From assembly GCA_964605775.1 (NCBI GenBank), contig CAZSDU010000001.1:102741-166740 (forward strand): a stretch of DNA of 64,000 nucleotides, given 5' to 3'. Shown here one piece after another: positions 29,543 to 38,300 of the stretch. A program made the translations under genes and the position numbers. Source of the stretch: an uncultured Prolixibacteraceae bacterium. GTDB taxonomy: Bacteria; Bacteroidota; Bacteroidia; Bacteroidales; FEN-979. The notes beneath the pieces were generated by a model. The model did not search any database. It was not told where the DNA came from and worked only from the letters and a program-made list of their open reading frames with translations. Each line of letters begins with the position of its first letter. Positions within the stretch are counted from its first letter, which is position 1.

Positions 29543-32500
29543 TTAGTGGCTGACCGTGATTTTAACGGTACGGATACCTTGTGTGGTAGTGACTTTCACA
29601 AAGTAAACTCCGTTCATCAAAACAGAAACATTGACCTTGGCGGTTTTACTTTCAACATTTTGTTTAGTGTAAACCGTTTGTCCAAGATAATTCATCATTT
29701 CAATGTTGGTGATGTTATCACTGCTCTTAATGTTCACGACTTCAGTTGCCGGATTCGGGTAAACCGAGAAGTTGGTCGTAACCTGAGGATCTATACCAAG
29801 CACAACATCTGCCATAACAATGTTAGAAGCATCTGAGGTACATTCTGCAAATACTGAAGTGACATAATAATAATGCAAACCATATTCAACACCCATATCA
29901 ACATAGGTAGTATCCGTAACAACGGAAGTGTTGATCTTGTTGAATGTAATCTGGTTGTCGTCACTACGCCAGATATCATATCCCTGGAGAGAGGAAGCCG
30001 TTGGATTGTTCGGCATGATCACGCCACTACCGATATGACTGTAAGTATCCCCGCTGATATTGGAGAGCTCGGTAGTATTGTTGCCAGGTGTGCCGGTAAA
30101 TGGATTCTGTCCGGGAAGAATGTTGAAACCATTTGCACTTTTGCCATTGGTATAACCATTGGCCCTGATGGTAGCAACAGCCGGGGTTCCCAGATATTCA
30201 CCAAAGGTTTGCCATACGGATCCATCATACCTCATGCCATAATCGTCTGCAGCATAAGGTCCGTTATCGTCAACACCCATCCAATACGGTCTGGTTCCTG
30301 TATGGTTTGAATGAACCATACCATAGAAGGTACCGCTGAAATCGATGTTGGGAACCGGGATATTCTGCCATACATTGGGAACCTGCATTACCGGTGCCGA
30401 TGTTCCGATGAGGGTATAAGTATCATCAAAGACATCAATGGTAACCTGAGTTGCCCCGGTGGAAGAACCATCATAGTGGAATACATCAAAAGAAGTCAGG
30501 GTTCCGCTGCCACCGCTGGGGAGCATGAACATATTTCCAAACCATCTTTCTCCACTGGATGAACTCAGCCCGTTCTCGTAAGTGCCATCATCCCAGATGA
30601 TCTGGAAAGCAGTACTCGAAACACAAAGAGGGCCGGTCCATGACAGATAGACATCCTGGTCGGCAATATCATTTACCAGTAAATTCGTCGGTGGTGTACA
30701 AACGGCATAAACATGGATGTTATCCACATACCAGTGGAGCATGTCAATAGAGTTCTCTCCATTGGCGCGGAAACGAATCTTGAAGGCCTTGCCCATGGTG
30801 CCCTTGAGTTCGAAGTGCTGGCTGTTCCAGTCAACATCACCTTCATTGACGAATTCCGTTACTTTTTTCCAGGAACCGTTGGTGTATAATTCTACCGTTA
30901 GTTTTTCATCACCGGTTGCATTGCGGTCAAGAAGCTTATAGTCGAAGTCCAACCATATCTTGGCACAGGTATAAATTGCTGCGCTCAGGGTCGGGGATTC
31001 AATGCTTCTCGAATAATTGGTCAACAGTGAAGTAAAGGCCTGGAAGTCGGCTGAAGGCAATGGATTTCCAAAGCCAGTGCTGACCACCCAACCACCTTCA
31101 GTATTCCATTCATGAAATGTGAATGTTCCCTGATCCCATGGTTCGTAGAACGGTATGGGAATACCATAATTGATCGTTACTTCAACCGGTCCGGCTGCCA
31201 GTGAATTGTCATTCAGCGGCGGAATCGGGGCAACATCATAGTAACCCGTCACTTCATAGGAATATACTCCCGGATCCAGGAAATAATCATAATACTCAAG
31301 CGTATTGGGATTGGGTACATAACCTACCAAAGCTCCATCACGCCAGATATTGTATCCCAGCAAGGTCGGGGGAGAGGTCATCGGTGCACTCGGGGAGACA
31401 TCGGCTACAATCGTCTGGTCCATGCCAAGATTGATGGCGGCGCCAACCAATTGAGTCGGGTTCTGGCCCTGGGGCTTCTGGGTGGGATCCAATACCACCG
31501 TACTGCCGCCGTGACCTTTCTTGTCATATACAAATGCCGTGGCCCTTTGCAGGAAGGTACAGGGAGTATAGCCAAATACGTCGACTGCGCTCGCGAATAC
31601 CCCGTCATAGTTTGTCCAGGCGAGTCCATCAGGAGGTACCTGAGGTCCGCTGTTGTCATACATGAAGTAGTTCTTCACCGGGGTGGCTGATATATAATAA
31701 TCTACCAGCGCGTAGAAGGGTCCCGTAAACGGAATATCGTTTACGTTCACCGTTACCCAGTTCCCTGAAGGATAGGGGGCGCCTGTGTTGATAAACGGCG
31801 CCGACTGGCCGATCAGGTTTTCGGCTATATCATAAATGTATAGGATACAGCTCTGTGCAGATGAACTGCTGGTGGAGCTGAAATACATATCAAAGGATTT
31901 CAGTACGCCAGTGGTTGCGGCATCGATCGGGAATTTGTTACCCATCATGATCTGGTAACCGGCATTGATCGATACTCCGTTTTCTGCCGTTCCGTCGTCA
32001 TATACCCAGGTGACCAGGTGACCGCCTCCGCAATTCGGCTTCTCCCAGGTCAGGTAAGCCGTGCTTTCAATCGGCGTTCCCGTAAGTTCTGTCGGGGGAC
32101 AGAGGAACTTGGCCGTGAAAGTGGTGCATACCTGGGGTGAATATCCGCTTCCATAGACTGCTTCCACGCAGGCATTATAGGTGTTGCCATAAATCACTTC
32201 GCCCGGGGGAATATTGTAGGTAGTATCCGGGGTGAAGTGAAGTGCTCCATTCAGGTAGAAATTATAACCGTAAACACAGGGGTTAGGTCCGCTTACGGCA
32301 TCAACGCCGTACAACTGGATATTGTCAAGGTTCCAGTTGTTGATATCATAGGAGTCTTCGCCGGCAGCATGGAACCTGAATTTAAAGGTGTTGTTCACCT
32401 CATAGGGGGTGACATCCACTGCGATGGTCGTCCAGGCGATATTGCCAGTATTGGCATGGCTGTCAACTTCAACCCAGGTTGTCCCGTTCCAGAACTCCAC

Positions 32501-35095
32501 GGCCATGGTATTCAGGTTACTGGTACCATAATTGCTCAGGTAGAGGTCATAGACGAACAGGTGGGCCGGGGCTGCAGAGCCCTCAAGCACCTTGCTGGTA
32601 ATATACTGGTCGTAGCCCATGACTTCAGGACTCCAGTTGAACATGGCCGATGGAGCCGGGTGGCCTGTACCGGTGCTCACGCTCCAGTTTCCGCCATCAA
32701 CTGTCCAGCCGTTGGCGGTAAAGTTGCCACTTGCCCAGGCTTCATTGAAGAGAAGCTTCTTATTCCTGGGAGGAGACCAGCTTGCTTCAAGGGTTACACC
32801 ATCAACCATCAGGTTGGTGACCGGATCCTTGACATGCAAGGGCGATACATCAAAGGTTGAAGGACCGAAAATGGCTACATCCTGGGTGTAAAGATCATAG
32901 AAAATACGATCCACGATCAGGTGGTAATTGCCTTTCCATACATTGGTAAAGTTGACTTTACCCGTGGCATCGGTCGTGCCGGTATAAGTGGTATCCGGAA
33001 TATCAATGTTCTCCAGCGTGACAACCGTTCCTTCCAGAGGATCCGAAGCGCAGGTAAGAGTGACGTTGACCGTAACGTTGGTCGTCCAGTTCTTGCCCAA
33101 TATATTGGAGAAGATATAGTCTGACCAGCGGTTGCCGGTGTATTTGGCTTTCACGGCCCAGCGGTAAGCGCCATCGGGCAGGGAAGGCCAGCTATTGTCA
33201 ACGGTACTGTTAGTAGTCGGGGTAGAAACCGAAGTCCAGACAGCCGGATTGGTTTCTTCACCCGGGTGGAGACGAAAGACCTGATAGCCTATGAGTGCCG
33301 TGGGGGCATCAATGGGGCCGCCGAGTCCGTTCACCACGCAGCGCATCATAAAGTTGCCGTCGGCAGGTACCCAGGGGCCGCTGCCGGTCACAAATTGACT
33401 ATAGCTGCGAAGCTGGGTGGCTGTATTGTCAACAGCCAAACGGGCAGCTACCGAGGAGTTGCCTCCCTGGATCATCACCATATAGAAATTGCCCGAGTTG
33501 ATCACCACGCTGGGAAGCGTGAAGGTGTTCCAGCCAAATACGCTGGGCACTACATCCACGGGATCCCCTATGGGGCTGCCCGGAAGTCCGCCTGGGCCGG
33601 TGGCATCATAAAGCTGGACCTGGAAAGGAGCCAGATCTCCGATGGCCGGACTGCCCGGATAATCACTTTGTGCGCCAATGTTTATACTACCGCTTTTAAT
33701 GGTCACCGGGTAGTTCAGCGGGGTGAATTTCAATGCATTGAAATTCCCTTCTGCTGCCCATACCGTGGTAGTTTCTTTAACCCCGTCGTCATAGATCAGC
33801 TCATAGTCGCCAATGGGTTGTCCCCAGGTCAGCGCCACCTGTGTCGGCGGTGTGTTCAGCGTAGCTGTAAACGGTTGAATAGGTTTGTTCAGGGCTTCAC
33901 CCAGGGCGATGTTTACCGTTTGGGTAACACCCGGAGTAAAAGTATAATTACCTGAGAGGAAGTTCTCAAATCCGGCTTTGCTTACCGCGATCGGATAACT
34001 GCCACCGGGAAAGACCTGAAGGGAATAAGTTCCACCTTCGATAGAATAAGTAGTCAGTCCGTTCACCGTGATCTTAGCTCCTTTTACCGGTGCTCCATTG
34101 GCCGCATTGGTAATGGTTCCGTTAAGAATGGCCGGAGTCGGCGTCATGGTAAAGTTTTTGGTTGTGGTGGACCCGCTGACAATAACCGCAGTGCCTGAGT
34201 ATGGCATATAGCCTGCTAAGGTGGCATTGACCGTAGCCGTTCCGGCAGGAATACCGGTTTTGGTATAAACCCCAGAAGCATTGGTAGTGACCGGAGTAAG
34301 GGCATTCACGGTTACGGTTACTCCTGAGATTGGAGTACCTGTAAAGGTATTGGTAACCGTACCTGTTAAGGTTCCGCCGGGTCCTCCCGGCAGGGTGATA
34401 TTCCAGGTAGCCAGCACTTCTGCATCGCTTAAAGCCCGGTTGTATAAACGGAATTCATCCATCAGACTTCCTCCTGGCATACAGTAGGTAGTTGTTCCAT
34501 ACCCGCCAATCAGGAAGGGACCGGCGCCTGATATTGTTACAGCCGGTTGAGTTACGGGAGTCCCGGAAAGAACACCATTTTTAAAAACCCTGATCGAAGT
34601 TCCGGTATAGACAAAATGAACAACCACAGGCCCCGTTGAAACACCTGATACGACAACATCACTTAAACCTCCACCGCGAAGTAAGAGATTCCCTGCCCCA
34701 GCAGCGCCGTTCATAAAGCAACGGAAAGAAGTGGCGTTAATGTCACCAAAAAGATAGTTCAGATCGGTATTACTGGGAATCCCGTTCAACCACATCGAAA
34801 TGGTCCAACCGGTACTGGGCAGATTCGTAACCCAGTTAGTATTTAAGCGGTGTGAAGAGGAGGGATTAGTCGTTCCGACACCCTGCATGGCAGTGCTGAA
34901 CTGACCCGTACCACCAATGGTCAATCCTGAAAGGATAGCAGGATTAGTCCCTGTAGGAGGTGCGGAGGCATAATTCACCTGATTGCCGGCAGCGTTGAAG
35001 TTATAATACATCAACTCAGGAACATTCTGGGAGAATACTTCCATGGTCATAAATACCAGGAAAAACATCTGAATAATTTTGTACAATTGTTTCAT
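29543..35095 (-). CDS. large T9SS adhesin-like protein 1 (LamG-like head, carboxypeptidase-regulatory-like repeats, Fn3-like hosts with inserted domains, CTD)
   Basis: 1850 aa; signal peptide; WTISMWL...MDEFRLYNRALSD head; VYPNP CTD. Confidence 0.85.
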   Translation of the reverse strand: MKQLYKIIQMFFLVFMTMEVFSQNVPELMYYNFNAAGNQVNYASAPPTGTNPAILSGLTIGGTGQFSTAMQGVGTTNPSSSHRLNTNWVTNLPSTGWTISMWLNGIPSNTDLNYLFGDINATSFRCFMNGAAGAGNLLLRGGGLSDVVVSGVSTGPVVVHFVYTGTSIRVFKNGVLSGTPVTQPAVTISGAGPFLIGGYGTTTYCMPGGSLMDEFRLYNRALSDAEVLATWNITLPGGPGGTLTGTVTNTFTGTPISGVTVTVNALTPVTTNASGVYTKTGIPAGTATVNATLAGYMPYSGTAVIVSGSTTTKNFTMTPTPAILNGTITNAANGAPVKGAKITVNGLTTYSIEGGTYSLQVFPGGSYPIAVSKAGFENFLSGNYTFTPGVTQTVNIALGEALNKPIQPFTATLNTPPTQVALTWGQPIGDYELIYDDGVKETTTVWAAEGNFNALKFTPLNYPVTIKSGSINIGAQSDYPGSPAIGDLAPFQVQLYDATGPGGLPGSPIGDPVDVVPSVFGWNTFTLPSVVINSGNFYMVMIQGGNSSVAARLAVDNTATQLRSYSQFVTGSGPWVPADGNFMMRCVVNGLGGPIDAPTALIGYQVFRLHPGEETNPAVWTSVSTPTTNSTVDNSWPSLPDGAYRWAVKAKYTGNRWSDYIFSNILGKNWTTNVTVNVTLTCASDPLEGTVVTLENIDIPDTTYTGTTDATGKVNFTNVWKGNYHLIVDRIFYDLYTQDVAIFGPSTFDVSPLHVKDPVTNLMVDGVTLEASWSPPRNKKLLFNEAWASGNFTANGWTVDGGNWSVSTGTGHPAPSAMFNWSPEVMGYDQYITSKVLEGSAAPAHLFVYDLYLSNYGTSNLNTMAVEFWNGTTWVEVDSHANTGNIAWTTIAVDVTPYEVNNTFKFRFHAAGEDSYDINNWNLDNIQLYGVDAVSGPNPCVYGYNFYLNGALHFTPDTTYNIPPGEVIYGNTYNACVEAVYGSGYSPQVCTTFTAKFLCPPTELTGTPIESTAYLTWEKPNCGGGHLVTWVYDDGTAENGVSINAGYQIMMGNKFPIDAATTGVLKSFDMYFSSTSSSSAQSCILYIYDIAENLIGQSAPFINTGAPYPSGNWVTVNVNDIPFTGPFYALVDYYISATPVKNYFMYDNSGPQVPPDGLAWTNYDGVFASAVDVFGYTPCTFLQRATAFVYDKKGHGGSTVVLDPTQKPQGQNPTQLVGAAINLGMDQTIVADVSPSAPMTSPPTLLGYNIWRDGALVGYVPNPNTLEYYDYFLDPGVYSYEVTGYYDVAPIPPLNDNSLAAGPVEVTINYGIPIPFYEPWDQGTFTFHEWNTEGGWVVSTGFGNPLPSADFQAFTSLLTNYSRSIESPTLSAAIYTCAKIWLDFDYKLLDRNATGDEKLTVELYTNGSWKKVTEFVNEGDVDWNSQHFELKGTMGKAFKIRFRANGENSIDMLHWYVDNIHVYAVCTPPTNLLVNDIADQDVYLSWTGPLCVSSTAFQIIWDDGTYENGLSSSSGERWFGNMFMLPSGGSGTLTSFDVFHYDGSSTGATQVTIDVFDDTYTLIGTSAPVMQVPNVWQNIPVPNIDFSGTFYGMVHSNHTGTRPYWMGVDDNGPYAADDYGMRYDGSVWQTFGEYLGTPAVATIRANGYTNGKSANGFNILPGQNPFTGTPGNNTTELSNISGDTYSHIGSGVIMPNNPTASSLQGYDIWRSDDNQITFNKINTSVVTDTTYVDMGVEYGLHYYYVTSVFAECTSDASNIVMADVVLGIDPQVTTNFSVYPNPATEVVNIKSSDNITNIEMMNYLGQTVYTKQNVESKTAKVNVSVLMNGVYFVKVTTTQGIRTVKITVSH
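30699..33928. repeat. 3,230-bp direct repeat, copy 1
   Basis: Matches 36556-39785 at offset 5857; translations and all shadow ORFs are identical; boundaries read by eye. Confidence 0.92.
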
Positions 35096-35150
35096 AGATT
35101 TGGTTTTTTTTAGATAGCTAAAATATAATGGATCAACTAATTCGATAATT

Positions 35151-35168
35151 AATTGATATATATAGGGA
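35151..35168. promoter_or_regulatory. 18-bp upstream motif shared by T9SS genes 1 and 2
   Basis: aattgatatatataggga, 56 nt from the gene 1 ATG; identical at 40912-40929. Confidence 0.55.
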
Positions 35169-35345
35169 GGGCGTTTCGTACATACCTGTTTTTCAGTATT
35201 TTAAAAATTGTGCCAAATATACATAAAAAAATAATTCAAATAAAAAAATAATTTTGGGAATATTTTCCAGAAATTAACTTCAGGGAAAGGGAAGGAAAGA
35301 GAATAGAACTCCCTACGATTTTTGAAATGGCTGAGGGGTGAGCAT

Positions 35346-35380
35346 AAAAAAAGAGGGCGGCCAATGGTCGCCCTCTTTTT
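35346..35380 (-). terminator. intrinsic terminator of T9SS gene 2
   Basis: aaaaaagagggcggcc-aat-ggtcgccctcttttt. Confidence 0.85.
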
Positions 35381-35399
35381 AGAAATTTCCAATGAAGGA

Positions 35400-38300
35400 T
35401 TAGTGGCTTACAGTGATTTTAACGGTACGGATACCCTGTGTAGTAGTAACTTTCACAAAGTAAACTCCGTTCATCAAACCGGTAACATTAATCTTTGCTG
35501 TCTTGTTATCAACATTCTGTTTTGTGTAAACAGTCTGTCCAAGATAGTTCATGATTTCAATGTTGGTGATGTTATCGCTGCTCTTGATGTTCACGACTTC
35601 AGTTGCCGGATTCGGGTAAACTGAGAAGTTGGTCGTTACTTGAGGATCTATTCCAATGATAACGTCAACAGTAACAGTATCCGAGGTCATGGACATGGTG
35701 CATTCCGGATACACGGAGAGTACATAATAATTATACTCACCGGCATTCAGGTCAAGATCCATATAGGTGGTATCCGTAACAAGTGCAGTATTAATCTTGT
35801 TGAATTCCGTTCCGTTAGGATCCATACGATAGACATCATATCCTGCCAGTGCGCTGGGTTGGTTAGAAGTAACCTGAGCAGCATGCTGGTTGGTTTGGAG
35901 GTATCCGTTAAAGGTATAAGAAGGATTGACGTTGCGTGTCATGGCCTGAAGTTCTGAAACAGGAACCTGACGCGGGGAAACGAGTTCTCCCTTGCCAAAT
36001 TCTGTTCTGATCCAGAGGTTCTGGAGGAAGTCACCAATACCAGAGGTGGCAAATCCGGAATAATCAGGTAAAGGACCATAGACAGAAACGCCATCCGGAC
36101 CGCTGTTGTCAGCAGAGAAGCAAGGATAGGCATCGGTTGAAGAATTGCTCAGAGGTTCAAGCATGATACCAATCATACCACCTCCGGAGCCATCGGTTTC
36201 TTCAAGAGAAACACCATTTTCCCAGATATCATCGCCGGTTGTGGTCAAAGGACCAAGAACAGCAATCTCGGTATAGGTATTCCAATCCACGATATGGATG
36301 TTATACTGCCAGGTGCCCATTGTGCCCCAGGAAGCATGATGGAAGTCAATCATTTCAAGGGTAGCATCAGGATATGCAGCCAGATCATATACCACGCCGT
36401 AAGCATAGTCATAATTCTGATAATAACCATTATCCGGATCGCCATCCCATTGCCATAATTTAACCAGAACGCCTGAATTACCGCAATTCGGTGATTTCCA
36501 GTCGAGTTTCACATTCATACCCTGTGCATCGCCAGCAAGATCCTGTGCAGGTTGGCAAACGGCATAAACATGGATGTTATCCACATACCAGTGGAGCATG
36601 TCAATAGAGTTCTCTCCATTGGCGCGGAAACGAATCTTGAAGGCCTTGCCCATGGTGCCCTTGAGTTCGAAGTGCTGGCTGTTCCAGTCAACATCACCTT
36701 CATTGACGAATTCCGTTACTTTTTTCCAGGAACCGTTGGTGTATAATTCTACCGTTAGTTTTTCATCACCGGTTGCATTGCGGTCAAGAAGCTTATAGTC
36801 GAAGTCCAACCATATCTTGGCACAGGTATAAATTGCTGCGCTCAGGGTCGGGGATTCAATGCTTCTCGAATAATTGGTCAACAGTGAAGTAAAGGCCTGG
36901 AAGTCGGCTGAAGGCAATGGATTTCCAAAGCCAGTGCTGACCACCCAACCACCTTCAGTATTCCATTCATGAAATGTGAATGTTCCCTGATCCCATGGTT
37001 CGTAGAACGGTATGGGAATACCATAATTGATCGTTACTTCAACCGGTCCGGCTGCCAGTGAATTGTCATTCAGCGGCGGAATCGGGGCAACATCATAGTA
37101 ACCCGTCACTTCATAGGAATATACTCCCGGATCCAGGAAATAATCATAATACTCAAGCGTATTGGGATTGGGTACATAACCTACCAAAGCTCCATCACGC
37201 CAGATATTGTATCCCAGCAAGGTCGGGGGAGAGGTCATCGGTGCACTCGGGGAGACATCGGCTACAATCGTCTGGTCCATGCCAAGATTGATGGCGGCGC
37301 CAACCAATTGAGTCGGGTTCTGGCCCTGGGGCTTCTGGGTGGGATCCAATACCACCGTACTGCCGCCGTGACCTTTCTTGTCATATACAAATGCCGTGGC
37401 CCTTTGCAGGAAGGTACAGGGAGTATAGCCAAATACGTCGACTGCGCTCGCGAATACCCCGTCATAGTTTGTCCAGGCGAGTCCATCAGGAGGTACCTGA
37501 GGTCCGCTGTTGTCATACATGAAGTAGTTCTTCACCGGGGTGGCTGATATATAATAATCTACCAGCGCGTAGAAGGGTCCCGTAAACGGAATATCGTTTA
37601 CGTTCACCGTTACCCAGTTCCCTGAAGGATAGGGGGCGCCTGTGTTGATAAACGGCGCCGACTGGCCGATCAGGTTTTCGGCTATATCATAAATGTATAG
37701 GATACAGCTCTGTGCAGATGAACTGCTGGTGGAGCTGAAATACATATCAAAGGATTTCAGTACGCCAGTGGTTGCGGCATCGATCGGGAATTTGTTACCC
37801 ATCATGATCTGGTAACCGGCATTGATCGATACTCCGTTTTCTGCCGTTCCGTCGTCATATACCCAGGTGACCAGGTGACCGCCTCCGCAATTCGGCTTCT
37901 CCCAGGTCAGGTAAGCCGTGCTTTCAATCGGCGTTCCCGTAAGTTCTGTCGGGGGACAGAGGAACTTGGCCGTGAAAGTGGTGCATACCTGGGGTGAATA
38001 TCCGCTTCCATAGACTGCTTCCACGCAGGCATTATAGGTGTTGCCATAAATCACTTCGCCCGGGGGAATATTGTAGGTAGTATCCGGGGTGAAGTGAAGT
38101 GCTCCATTCAGGTAGAAATTATAACCGTAAACACAGGGGTTAGGTCCGCTTACGGCATCAACGCCGTACAACTGGATATTGTCAAGGTTCCAGTTGTTGA
38201 TATCATAGGAGTCTTCGCCGGCAGCATGGAACCTGAATTTAAAGGTGTTGTTCACCTCATAGGGGGTGACATCCACTGCGATGGTCGTCCAGGCGATATT

